Assembly (NCBI GenBank): GCA_044229845.1
Contig: JBGASG010000010.1
Location: 125,462 to 189,461 of the forward strand
Length of the DNA: 64,000 nucleotides
Direction: 5' to 3'
Source of the DNA: Candidatus Obscuribacteraceae bacterium
GTDB taxonomy: Bacteria > Cyanobacteriota > Vampirovibrionia > Obscuribacterales > Obscuribacteraceae
Shown: positions 9,047 through 18,929 of the stretch, in pieces
Position numbering within the stretch: position 1 is the stretch's first letter
How the letters are laid out: the number at the start of each line of letters is the position of its first letter
Program-made: the position numbers and the translations under genes
The notes under the pieces: generated by a model
Database searches by the model: none
What the model was told of the DNA's origin: nothing
What the model saw: only the letters and a program-made list of their open reading frames with translations

Positions 9047-11518
9047 TCAGTAGCGAGTCTTTGCCGCTTCCACCGCGGCCTTTGCTGTAGCCAGCCGATC
9101 ACGTACACTCGCTAATACCCCCGGCGATACCACGCCGGCAGCTTCGGCATCAAGAGCCGACTCGCGGTTCCACAAAGCCAGGTCGTCGTCGAACTGTTTC
9201 TTCCGTCTGTAAATGTCAGATAGCTGCGTCGCCAGCTGCAAGCGACGTTCGAAGTCGCGCTCTTGCCCACGGCGCTTCACTTTGCGCAGCCGCACATCAA
9301 GGGCTTCTTTGAGGCTTGCGGCGGCAGCATCCAGATCGCCGCGCCTCAGCTGGCATCGCGCCAACTCGCCCCACCAGTATGACGGAACGTTCAATCTCTC
9401 GTGCTGCTGCGAGTCAACGAGCACCGCCTTCAGAACTGGTTCCGCTGCGCTGTACTGTTTCTTCGCAATCAAGGCTGCCGCTTTTTCGAGTTCTGTCCGT
9501 CCTGAAGTGATGCCTGCCTGCTCCGCTAGGGCACTTGTTTCCAACACGAGTTCCCTTTTGCCGAGGGCATTGTAGGCGCGACACAGATAATAGATGCAAG
9601 TCATCTGTATATCTTGAGAAACGTCTATCTTGGCGCGACGTGCTCGGAGAAACTCGTCACACAAGGGGCTTAACTCGTCGACAGCCCTGGCGAAGTCGCC
9701 GCGCGCATAGAGCGCCTCAGCGATATACAGCTTCGCACCAGCGGCTGTCGCCTTATCTTGGGGAAAGGCTTTCAGCCACTCGCCAGCAACAGCAATAACT
9801 TCGTCATTGCGCTGAAGCTTGGAGAGCAATAGCAGGTATTGTCCATATGCACGCAGCGCAAGTGCACTGTCTTTGCGAAAGGCATCGTTGGAATGAATAA
9901 GAACGCGCAAGTTGTCTGCCGCCCGCTCTTGATCCCCGAGTAGCGCGGGGACATGGGCGTTCCAGACCATGCCGGCCCAATAGTCTCGGGCGCTACGAAA
10001 TCGGTCTCCTTCCGCTCCGAAAAAGCGCTGCAAGTTATTGCCGTAAACCGCAACCAGCTTCAGCTTTAGCTGCCGATCATCATCGTCGGCTGTCTCAACC
10101 GCCTTCTCCAGACCCTCCAGATTCTCTAGCACCTCTTTGCGAACTTCCTTGCCGCGGTCCTCTTCAGACTTCAGGTAGAGATAGTCCAAGGAGGCGGTCC
10201 AGTACGCGACGCACTCGTCCAATGAAGATGAAGATGAGGAGAAACAGAGCACGCGTCTTTTTGCAGCGTCCAGAGCGCGCGCACGGTCTGAAGCTCCATT
10301 GAAAAACATCGCTGCCGACTGCAAATGATTCGCCTTCCGCTCAGCGTTCTCACTGTTCTCGGCACGCACCATTTCCAACCGCGCCGCCTCAGACAAAGAG
10401 GCGGCATCGCCCGACTGTTGCAGCGCGTCAATCAATTTATCGTTCAAAAACGCAGTCGCCCGCGCGTCTGGACACCAGGATGCTAGCTGTTTGAGGAGCA
10501 CCGCCCGTGCGGGTGGCACCACCAGCACTCCGGTTGCCAGGGCAGCTGTGAGAATCGCTAACTGCGCACGCATCGGCTTTTTCGGTGCCAGCGGTTGGCG
10601 TCTCCTTCGCCGCACACCCGCGGTGACAGCCTTGCCATCGAGGAAATTCTGCAAGTCGTTAGACAGCTCTTCCACCTGTTTATAACGATGATCCGGATCC
10701 TTTTCCAGACAGCGATAAACAATATTGGCGAGACTTTCGGGGACCTGCGCGGCGACGGGCAACACTGCGTCTGCTGTCTCGTGCTTCGAGAGCACTTCCA
10801 GCAGATTGTCGGACTGAAAAGGTTCGTGCCCGGCCAGCATTTCAAACAACACGCAACCCAATGCGTACACCTCGGAGCGCGCGTCCAATTGCTTTCCCTG
10901 GCACTGCTCGGGGCTCATGTATGCAGGGCTGCCGAGTACACTCCCCGTCTGAGTAAGCTTGCCGCCACCGTCCAACTGCTGCACTTTGGCAATACCAAAA
11001 TCAAGAAGCTTTGCGCACTCACCGGCATCGCTAGTGGTGGCGATCATGATATTGCCTGGTTTGATATCGCGATGCAAAATCCCTTGTTTGTGAGCCTCTG
11101 CAAGACCGGCACAGATATCGATCAGCAAGGCGCTCGACCAGCACGCATCCAGGGCTCCGGCTCGCGAGATGCGCGTCGCCAGACTTTCGCCTTCCAAATA
11201 CTCGATCACCATATAAGGTGACCGATCTTCGATCAATCCCATGTTGTAGACTTCGATTAGATGCTTGTGTTTCACCTGACAAAGTGTCCGCGCCTCCAGG
11301 CGAAAGCGCTGCAGTGCCGTTGGATCATTGAGGCTGTGGAGCAAAACCTTGACGGCGACGGGCCTGTCCATCGACAAGTTGTGCGCCCGATACACGGCAC
11401 TCATGCCGCCGCGCCCAAGCAGCGCATCGACACGATACCGCCCATCGAGGACGGTGCCGATTAAAGAATCTCCCACGCCGAGGGGAGCGTCATTGTCAGG
11501 CTCATCGACGCCAGTCAT
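9047..11518 (-). CDS. Ser/Thr protein kinase with TM and TPR-like helical C-terminus
   Basis: GRGGMS, VAVK, HRDIKPGN, DFG, GSPAYMSPEQ; Ala/Leu-rich helical repeats. Confidence 0.93.
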   Translation of the reverse strand: MTGVDEPDNDAPLGVGDSLIGTVLDGRYRVDALLGRGGMSAVYRAHNLSMDRPVAVKVLLHSLNDPTALQRFRLEARTLCQVKHKHLIEVYNMGLIEDRSPYMVIEYLEGESLATRISRAGALDACWSSALLIDICAGLAEAHKQGILHRDIKPGNIMIATTSDAGECAKLLDFGIAKVQQLDGGGKLTQTGSVLGSPAYMSPEQCQGKQLDARSEVYALGCVLFEMLAGHEPFQSDNLLEVLSKHETADAVLPVAAQVPESLANIVYRCLEKDPDHRYKQVEELSNDLQNFLDGKAVTAGVRRRRRQPLAPKKPMRAQLAILTAALATGVLVVPPARAVLLKQLASWCPDARATAFLNDKLIDALQQSGDAASLSEAARLEMVRAENSENAERKANHLQSAAMFFNGASDRARALDAAKRRVLCFSSSSSSLDECVAYWTASLDYLYLKSEEDRGKEVRKEVLENLEGLEKAVETADDDDRQLKLKLVAVYGNNLQRFFGAEGDRFRSARDYWAGMVWNAHVPALLGDQERAADNLRVLIHSNDAFRKDSALALRAYGQYLLLLSKLQRNDEVIAVAGEWLKAFPQDKATAAGAKLYIAEALYARGDFARAVDELSPLCDEFLRARRAKIDVSQDIQMTCIYYLCRAYNALGKRELVLETSALAEQAGITSGRTELEKAAALIAKKQYSAAEPVLKAVLVDSQQHERLNVPSYWWGELARCQLRRGDLDAAAASLKEALDVRLRKVKRRGQERDFERRLQLATQLSDIYRRKKQFDDDLALWNRESALDAEAAGVVSPGVLASVRDRLATAKAAVEAAKTRY

Positions 11519-11655
11519 TCGCGCCCTCCCGGGGCGGCAGTTGCTGCGGGCTAACTGTATCCATCATTAGCAACTGAATCTGAAAAAGTCTTGAAACCCC
11601 GAATGAATGTACAGCATAATGGCGCGGAGCAAATCTTCCGATCTGGCGATGCCTC

Positions 11656-13191
11656 TTGAGAATTTGTCTTCTATCGCGTGAATATCCCCCCGACACAGGT
11701 TGGGGCGGCATTGGCGCCTACACCTACCAGCACGCCCACGGTTTGAAGCGACTGGGGCACGATGTAGAAGTCGTGGCGCTGGCTAAGAAGGAAGTGAGCA
11801 GCGAGCACGAATTGCCACCGCTGGAAACCGAAGGCATAAAGGTGCATCGCGCGATCTGGGGACCGCTGCTTGAGGATCTCTCGTCGATCTGTTTGATTTC
11901 TCCGTATTCGCACTATGTGCTGAAGTGTTCGCTGGCGCTCTGGCAGAAGTTTCTCAAGCGTCATCGCGAATTGCCTTTTGATGTTGTAGAAGCGCCGGAA
12001 CATCTGGCCGAAGGCTTGTTTCCAGCGATGACTAAGATCTGTCCGCTGGTGGTCAGATTGCATACGCCACACTCCAAATTTGTGCAGGAGGGTTACCACA
12101 ATCTCGTGCCGTCCTTCGATCTGCATATGGTGTCAAATCTGGAACGAACGGCGATGCTGGAAGCCGATGTTCTCTCTTCCCCGAGCGTGGACCTGGCTCG
12201 CTATGTCGCATCTGATTGCGGATATAAGCTAGAGGACATCGAGATCGTCAGGAACCCGGTGGATGCCGATATCTTCTCGCCCGATGGACCGCGAGCAATT
12301 GCTGCCGACGGAGAGAAACCGGTGGTATTTTTCGCCGGTCGCCTGGAAGAACGCAAAGGTGTTTATGACCTGGTGACAGCAATTCCAACAGTGCTCACGT
12401 CCTGTCCGCAAGCGCGTTTCGTTTTCGTGGGCGCCGATACCAACACCGCCCGCGGTGAAGGCTCAGTCCTGGCAGAACTAAAAGAACGGCTGCAAGCCAG
12501 CAACTCACTGCAATCCGTCAACTTCGTCGGCAAGGTGCCGCTGTCGGAGATGGCTAACTATTACCGCTCAGCGGACATCTGCGTGGTTCCGTCGCTCTAT
12601 GACAATGCACCATATACGGTGCTGGAAGCGATGTCCTGCGGTAAGCCGATGGTCGGCTCTTCGGCGGGCGGAGTACCGGAGTACATTGTTCATGAAGAAA
12701 CGGGACTGATCGTCCCGACCAGCAACTCCGAAGAACTCGCGAAAGCAATCAGCACGCTTTTGACGAATAAAGAAATGCGCCTGGCTTACGGAGCTGCGGC
12801 GCGGCGTCGCATCATGAATAGCTTTGAGCGCAGCTTAATCGCCGGCGAAAATGCCCTCTACCGGAAAGCACCAGAGGAAGCTATTCAAGATTTCGTGACG
12901 ATGTTGATTGCCTATCACGAGTCATTGTCAGAGCTGATTTATAAGCATGCAGCGGGACTCAATCGCCGACGCTGGCAACAACTGCTGGCTCACCGCCCCA
13001 AGTTGGCTATCGCAAAGCTCGTGTTGAGTTTCTTCCAGGCAGCATCGAAAGTTCCGATACTCGGCAAGCCGGCGGAGAAAATGGCGCGCCGCCTTGAGGT
13101 GGGTGTCGAGAACAAAGAACGCGAGGCACAGGAGAAAATGCTCGAGCGGCTGTTTCTGCTGTTCGATCTGCCGGCTAAAGCTCGCAGCTAG
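11656..13191 (+). CDS. Glycosyltransferase family 4 (GT-B) with C-terminal extension
   Basis: MRICLLSREYPP..GGIG, FAGRLEERKG, PSLYDNAPYTVLEAMSCGKP. Confidence 0.92.
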   Translation: MRICLLSREYPPDTGWGGIGAYTYQHAHGLKRLGHDVEVVALAKKEVSSEHELPPLETEGIKVHRAIWGPLLEDLSSICLISPYSHYVLKCSLALWQKFLKRHRELPFDVVEAPEHLAEGLFPAMTKICPLVVRLHTPHSKFVQEGYHNLVPSFDLHMVSNLERTAMLEADVLSSPSVDLARYVASDCGYKLEDIEIVRNPVDADIFSPDGPRAIAADGEKPVVFFAGRLEERKGVYDLVTAIPTVLTSCPQARFVFVGADTNTARGEGSVLAELKERLQASNSLQSVNFVGKVPLSEMANYYRSADICVVPSLYDNAPYTVLEAMSCGKPMVGSSAGGVPEYIVHEETGLIVPTSNSEELAKAISTLLTNKEMRLAYGAAARRRIMNSFERSLIAGENALYRKAPEEAIQDFVTMLIAYHESLSELIYKHAAGLNRRRWQQLLAHRPKLAIAKLVLSFFQAASKVPILGKPAEKMARRLEVGVENKEREAQEKMLERLFLLFDLPAKARS

Positions 13192-13213
13192 GTAGGGCAC
13201 AAAAATCGCGCGC

Positions 13214-14491
13214 TCAGCGGGGCGCAGTTTCTTTCAGATGCTTGTAGAGCGTTTCGGCGACCAACTTATGCCCCGCCGGCGAATAATGGATGTGGTAGAA
13301 GAGCGGGCTCTCTTGCAGCGGCGCCAGCGATGGGAAGACCTCGTTCAGATTGACCACCTCGAACCCCTGGCTGGCGCCCAGCTTCTTCAGGTTGGCAATC
13401 TCTTGCAGATAAAAGAGCATGTTGTTGGGTGCCGGCAGCGGCGCCACGATCAGCCTGCCGCCCTGTGCGCGCACAGCATGGTTGAATCGGCGAAAAATCG
13501 CGGCGGTGATGTTGAAATTTTGATCGCTAGCCCACTGATACATCTGAAAGTCTGAATTGGGCACTCCTGTGTGTGCCGGATTGAAAGGTGCGGCATCGGC
13601 AGCCGCATGTTCGGCGTCGAGAGCAGTGACCACTTCCCGCTCAGGTTGCACCGTCTCTGGTGGCAGAGCTTTGCCTTTAGGCATAAATCGATTGAGCACG
13701 TCGTGTATGGGCTTGTAGTACTTGTTGCCGGCCATGTTCATGTCGGTCTTCGCAATCACGCCCCAGAGACGGCAGTTGCGCCGCAGCCAATCCAATTTTG
13801 TGAGCAGCCGAGCGTTGTCGCTGGCCAGGTATTTGTCCAGGTACGAGAAGTCGCTGACCAGCTCTCCTTCCGGTGTGATAGCGAAATAGGGACGCGGCGA
13901 CGGTTCCTTGCTTTCGGGCGTGCGGTTTTCGCCGGAGTCGAGCGCGTGGAAACAAACAATGGTGATGTCCGGTTCGTAGCCGGCTACATCGCGCAGCCAC
14001 TGGTAGTACTCCTGCCCTGTGCTGTACCCACCCATCCCGAAGTTGAGTACTTCGAATTTCTTGTTCGCCAATCCGGCGTTGAGCTTGTCTTCGAGCAAGC
14101 AGCTGAATCGGCTGGCAAATGGAACTTGCAGCGCTTCCGCATTCGAATCACCCAGTATGACGATGCGCGTGATGCCGGGCGGTTTGGCGACGCTGCGCGG
14201 AACGTCGTACATGCCGGCGGCATTGGTGCGCTCAGAAGAATAGCCCTCAGAGCGGAAGGTGATCGGCTGGCTCTCCAGATGTGTGTAGCCCAGCACATTG
14301 TCGATTTTCAAATACTCTTCTTCGCCGACATGCGCTGCGCGACAGATCAGTTCCAGCACAATCAGGCAAACCGGAATCAAAACAATCGCAATCAGCAATC
14401 CTTTCAACACCGCCCAGAGGACGCTCCTCGGCTGCAGCTCCGGATGCGGGCTGTGCGGCTTGACTGGTCGTTCTAGCACTATTCCTTTCAC
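13214..14491 (-). CDS. Membrane-anchored SGNH/GDSL-fold protein (AlgJ/AlgX-like O-acetyltransferase partner)
   Basis: N-terminal TM, ILGDS, NFGMGGY, C-terminal HYSPAGH; directly downstream of an MBOAT; start approximate (GTG 14491). Confidence 0.8.
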   Translation of the reverse strand: MKGIVLERPVKPHSPHPELQPRSVLWAVLKGLLIAIVLIPVCLIVLELICRAAHVGEEEYLKIDNVLGYTHLESQPITFRSEGYSSERTNAAGMYDVPRSVAKPPGITRIVILGDSNAEALQVPFASRFSCLLEDKLNAGLANKKFEVLNFGMGGYSTGQEYYQWLRDVAGYEPDITIVCFHALDSGENRTPESKEPSPRPYFAITPEGELVSDFSYLDKYLASDNARLLTKLDWLRRNCRLWGVIAKTDMNMAGNKYYKPIHDVLNRFMPKGKALPPETVQPEREVVTALDAEHAAADAAPFNPAHTGVPNSDFQMYQWASDQNFNITAAIFRRFNHAVRAQGGRLIVAPLPAPNNMLFYLQEIANLKKLGASQGFEVVNLNEVFPSLAPLQESPLFYHIHYSPAGHKLVAETLYKHLKETAPR

Positions 14492-14499
14492 ATGCACCC

Positions 14500-16011
14500 C
14501 TAGAACTGGAAGTAAATGAAGGGAACGGAGCGATGCGGCGCCAGGGCCACAATCATGAAGGCGCAAGCGGCAGCGAGCACGACACGAACGGCTATCGGTC
14601 TGGCGAGATCGCTGAAAAAGGGCAGTTCGACCGGTGCCGCAAGTTTCTCATCGCTCTGCTCATTGGCGCGCTCATACATCGAACGAGCAATGAAGACGCC
14701 ACCATAGAGGGTGCAGGCGACCGGCAGGACCGACTGCCAGAATTGCCGCCACAAAGACCCATCGACCAGCGAGGAGTGGGCGGGTCCGGTGACCAGTCCG
14801 GAGAAGATCTGCAAGCCCTGCGTCATGTTTTCACAGCGGAACAGATTGAATCCCAGGCAAGCAAAAATGAAGGTGGCTGCCACCGAAAGCAAGTGATAGG
14901 GCTGCGAGTTCCTGAGGGCAGTCAACGCAGGATTGGCGTTAACCAGCTTTTCGTAAAAACGGTGCACCACAAGACCGAAGCCGTGGAACATGCCGAAAGC
15001 GACGAAGTGCCACGCGGCGCCATGCCAGAGCCCGCAAAGAAACATGGTGATCAGCAGGTTGGCGGCCATCCAGAATTCGCCGCTGCGCGAACCACCCAGC
15101 GGAATGTACACGTAATCACGCAACCAGTTCGACAGAGTCATGTGCCAGCGCCGCCAGAAATCTTTGACGTTATTGGCGAGCAGGGGTAGATTGAAGTTTT
15201 CAGGCAACCTGTAACCGAGCACCAGCGCCGACCCTCGCCCGATGTCGGTATATCCGGAAAAATCGAAGTAGAGCTGACAGCAAAATGCGATGATGCAAAT
15301 CCAGGCATCCGGCAATGACATCGCCGTTGGTGCCTTATATCCGGCTTGCACGATCGCAGCCAGGTTGTCGCCGAGCACGACCTTTTTGAAAAGTCCCTGC
15401 AAAATCAGGATCAGTCCTTGCTGGAACATGGCGCCATCGAACTTTGCCGGCTCAGCAAGCTGGGGATCGAAGTCTTGAAAGCGCTTGATCGGCCCTGCGA
15501 TCTGCGATGGGAAGAAAGCCGCGAACACACCAAAGCGAATCGGATTTTTGATCGGCTTGGTGCCCTGGAAAATGTCCACCAGGTAGTGAATGAATTCGAA
15601 AACGAAAAACGAGATGCCCAGCGGAAGGATAATCGGCAGGTCTTCCATGCCGGTCGTCAGAGGCTTGCCGAGATGCGCCAGATGACTTACGAAGCCGCCC
15701 ATATTATTGAGCGCATCCAGTATGAAATTGGTGTATTTGAAGAGCGCCAAAAGCCCAAGATTTAGCGTGATGCCGCCAATCAGAACCAACCGCCGATAAG
15801 TTTTGGACTGCAGTCGCGCCAGGAGCAGCCCCAGCAAATATGTTGCGACCGTCATACCAATCAGCAATACGCCGCATATCTTCGACCAGCTCATGTAGAA
15901 AACATAGCTGGCGACCAGCAGAACGATTGCCTTCAGCTGGCGCGGCACGAGCCAATAAATGGCGAACACCGCAGGCAGAAAAAGCAGATATTCGAGGCTG
16001 TTGAAGAGCAT
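14500..16011 (-). CDS. MBOAT family O-acyltransferase (AlgI/DltB-like)
   Basis: MLFNS, LPLGISFFVFE, FFPSQIAGPIKR, DFSGYTDI, FWRRWH, GLWHGA, FIYFQF. Confidence 0.95.
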   Translation of the reverse strand: MLFNSLEYLLFLPAVFAIYWLVPRQLKAIVLLVASYVFYMSWSKICGVLLIGMTVATYLLGLLLARLQSKTYRRLVLIGGITLNLGLLALFKYTNFILDALNNMGGFVSHLAHLGKPLTTGMEDLPIILPLGISFFVFEFIHYLVDIFQGTKPIKNPIRFGVFAAFFPSQIAGPIKRFQDFDPQLAEPAKFDGAMFQQGLILILQGLFKKVVLGDNLAAIVQAGYKAPTAMSLPDAWICIIAFCCQLYFDFSGYTDIGRGSALVLGYRLPENFNLPLLANNVKDFWRRWHMTLSNWLRDYVYIPLGGSRSGEFWMAANLLITMFLCGLWHGAAWHFVAFGMFHGFGLVVHRFYEKLVNANPALTALRNSQPYHLLSVAATFIFACLGFNLFRCENMTQGLQIFSGLVTGPAHSSLVDGSLWRQFWQSVLPVACTLYGGVFIARSMYERANEQSDEKLAAPVELPFFSDLARPIAVRVVLAAACAFMIVALAPHRSVPFIYFQF

Positions 16012-16231
16012 CCGTGATTATTCCGCGCGCAACTCTCAAGACTAGTTCAGTTGCCGCTTGAAAACATTACGAACCATTTATGCTCATGTTTACAGTTCGC
16101 CACCAGAGACACCACATCCGGTGACGAAACGGCGGCAGATTGCCACTTTGTTACCTCAAGATCATGTTGGCTACCTGCCCAACCACTATGATCATTTGAA
16201 TCAGTTGTGAAGTGGGACAGCAGCTCAGCGC

Positions 16232-17437
16232 ATGCAGAAATTTCGCCTCGTGACGAGCAGACCCGTGGTCATCGCCGCCGTGTTGCTGGCGGTTGTCAAC
16301 GGATTGCTATATGCGACCAACCCTCTCTCGAAGGTCGACCCCGAACTCCTCATGGGCGCCCGCAGCTGGGCATGGTGGGCAGTTCAGGACTACAAAAAGG
16401 TTCAGCCTGATGTCGTCGTCACCGGGTCATCCATGGTGATGCACCCGCTCTGGCACCAGGAAGCCCAATACCGCCAGCAGAATGTCGAACTTATTGTCGA
16501 CCACAGGAGTCATTTCCTGGAGTCCTTTCTAGATAAAGCGACCGGCAAACCCGTAAAGGTCTTCAATTTTGGATTGCCTGGCGGCATGGCATCGGATGCA
16601 TTCATTACAGTGCGCGCGATTTCGCAGATGCCACAGCCAAAACCCAAGGTGGCTGTGATTTGTCTATGCGTGCGCGACATGATGGACAACAGCTTTGGGT
16701 GCGCGGCAACTTCACGTCATTACGATCTGTTTTCACGCCTGGCAGATACCAGCGATGTTGCTGAACTGGCAGTGCCCAAGCCACTCGACAAAGGTCGAGT
16801 TTTGCTGCGCGATGCGGTTTTCCTGAAGCGCAAGAACAAAGAGGTCAACGCTGTATTGACCGCAAAGACCCGCGAGATCGCCAGTAAAGCCTACAAACAT
16901 CTGCCGCCAAGTCCACTGGACAATGTTTCTCCCGAGAAATCAGTCAAGTTTGCATTCCAGAACGATGAGCTGGAGCAAGGCTTCTGGATCGCCAAGCCGA
17001 ATGTGCCTCGCTGGTATGTGGAAGCGAGCGCCGACTGCCGCAAGCGAATGCGGCGCACCAATGATGACGTGTTTAATAATCAAGTCGCGTTCTTGGACCT
17101 TTGTTTGAAAGAGTGCAAGCAAAACGGCATTGTGCCGGTGCTGGTCAATATGCCTACTTCGCCGGTGATGAAACAGGTACTGAAGCCCGGCATGTACGAA
17201 CGCCACATGAATGCATTGACTGCGATGGCAAAGAAATGGAACGTCGAGTTGATCGACGCCAACCAGGATATATACACAGCTGAAGACTTCACGGATTGGG
17301 CCCATATGCACGCCACAGGCGGCCAAAAGGCGTTTGGAATCATCGGTCGTGCCCTTGCTGCCAATACGGTGGCTGTAAAACAGCTCTCCGCCTCGTCGCA
17401 AGTGGCAACCACAAAGGAGGCTGGTCATGCTTTTTAA
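16232..17437 (+). CDS. SGNH-like membrane-anchored protein (DltD/DUF1574-like MBOAT partner)
   Basis: N-terminal TM, VTGSS, FNFGLPG, DWAH (DxxH); overlaps the start of the following MBOAT. Confidence 0.75.
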   Translation: MQKFRLVTSRPVVIAAVLLAVVNGLLYATNPLSKVDPELLMGARSWAWWAVQDYKKVQPDVVVTGSSMVMHPLWHQEAQYRQQNVELIVDHRSHFLESFLDKATGKPVKVFNFGLPGGMASDAFITVRAISQMPQPKPKVAVICLCVRDMMDNSFGCAATSRHYDLFSRLADTSDVAELAVPKPLDKGRVLLRDAVFLKRKNKEVNAVLTAKTREIASKAYKHLPPSPLDNVSPEKSVKFAFQNDELEQGFWIAKPNVPRWYVEASADCRKRMRRTNDDVFNNQVAFLDLCLKECKQNGIVPVLVNMPTSPVMKQVLKPGMYERHMNALTAMAKKWNVELIDANQDIYTAEDFTDWAHMHATGGQKAFGIIGRALAANTVAVKQLSASSQVATTKEAGHAF

Positions 17438-18908
17438 CAGCCTCACTTATCTGATCTTCTTGCCCGTGACAGTCGCACTTTACTGGCTGATTCCATTCAA
17501 ACTGCGCACTCCGCTGCTGATCGTGGCCAGCTACGTGTTCTACATGTCGTGGAAACCAATCTACGGCTTGCTGCTGTTGGCGCTAACCGTAATCAACTAC
17601 TTGTTCGGGCTGGCCATTCATAAATACGAGTCGAAGAAGAAGAGCATTCTTGTCGGTGCGCTGGTTGCCAACCTCGGCATGCTGGCTTACTTCAAGTACA
17701 CATATTTCCTGCGCGATACCGCCAACGGTGCAATGTCCTTGCTGGGACCCAACGCCCCGCAATTGCCACCGATTGCCTGGGAGATTTTCCTGCCCCTGGG
17801 CATTTCGTTCTTCGTGTTCGAATTTATCCATTACGTCGTGGACGTCCACAATGGACATCAGCCCGTGCGCAAGTTCCTCGACTTCGCGCTGTTTGCCAGT
17901 TTCTTCCCGACGCAGCTCGCCGGTCCTATCAAACGCTTCCAGGACTTCATTCCGCAATTGTTGTCGCCACGCAAATTAACCAGCAGCGACTTCGATGAAG
18001 CCATTGATTTGATTATGCTCGGTCTATTCAAGAAAGTGGTGCTCGCCGACAACATCGCCCTGGTCGTCAACCGCTGCTATGCCAACTGGCAGCTGCTCAA
18101 CGGCGTCGACATGTGGCTTGCTGCCTGGGCATTCGCCTTCCAGGTCTACTACGACTTCTCCGGCTACACTGATATCGCCCGCGGTTCAGCATTGCTTTTC
18201 GGCTTCAAAGTGCCGATCAACTTCAACTTGCCGTACATGGCCGGTTCCATTTCGGACTACTGGCGCCGGTGGCACATCTCGCTCTCGCTCTGGATTCGCG
18301 ACTACCTGTTTATCCCACTTGGGGGAAATAAGAAAGGTCCCTGGCTGGCTTGCTTCAACGTTTTCGTCACCATGGCACTGGCGGGACTGTGGCACGGCGC
18401 GGCTGATCACTTCGTAGCCTTTGGCGTCGTCATCGGCGCCATGATGGTGATTCATCGCCTCTGGCGCTTCGCTGTCGAGAAGAGCTCCCTGCTCACACAA
18501 ATAGTATCGACGCAAGCCTTCCATGTATTTGCGATTCTTCTGACGTTCAACTCGTTCATGTTCTGCATGGCGACATTCCGCGCGCCCAACGTGCCAACCG
18601 GACTCGCTATCTGGAACAAGATGCTCTTCATCCCGGACATCATGTCGGGAACGTGGCATCTGCAGCCGACCATACTGCGGACAGCGGAGTCACCCTTGTT
18701 CCAAATATTGCCTGTCTTGTTATTGGCTTGCTACCTGGCACAGGCTGGACTGTATGGCTTTGCGAAAGCAACCGGCAAGGATGATGCAAAACAGCCTGCC
18801 GTGCCCCTGCCCCGCTTCCTGAAGCCGGTGTACATCGCAGCCGTGACAATTCTGCTGATCCTGTTCTCGCCGCAAATCACGCCGCAATTCATCTACTACC
18901 AATTCTGA
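17427..18908 (+). CDS. MBOAT family O-acyltransferase (AlgI/DltB-like), paralog of 14500..16011
   Basis: LPLGISFFVFE, FFPTQLAGPIKR, DFSGYTDI, YWRRWH, GLWHGA, FIYYQF. Confidence 0.95.
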   Translation: MLFNSLTYLIFLPVTVALYWLIPFKLRTPLLIVASYVFYMSWKPIYGLLLLALTVINYLFGLAIHKYESKKKSILVGALVANLGMLAYFKYTYFLRDTANGAMSLLGPNAPQLPPIAWEIFLPLGISFFVFEFIHYVVDVHNGHQPVRKFLDFALFASFFPTQLAGPIKRFQDFIPQLLSPRKLTSSDFDEAIDLIMLGLFKKVVLADNIALVVNRCYANWQLLNGVDMWLAAWAFAFQVYYDFSGYTDIARGSALLFGFKVPINFNLPYMAGSISDYWRRWHISLSLWIRDYLFIPLGGNKKGPWLACFNVFVTMALAGLWHGAADHFVAFGVVIGAMMVIHRLWRFAVEKSSLLTQIVSTQAFHVFAILLTFNSFMFCMATFRAPNVPTGLAIWNKMLFIPDIMSGTWHLQPTILRTAESPLFQILPVLLLACYLAQAGLYGFAKATGKDDAKQPAVPLPRFLKPVYIAAVTILLILFSPQITPQFIYYQF

Positions 18909-18929
18909 TTCGGTGCAGGGAGTTAGGCG

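Noticed and set aside
14500..18908. dlt operon
   Set aside because: No DltA ligase or DltC carrier in the window; motifs fit AlgI-like MBOATs equally well.
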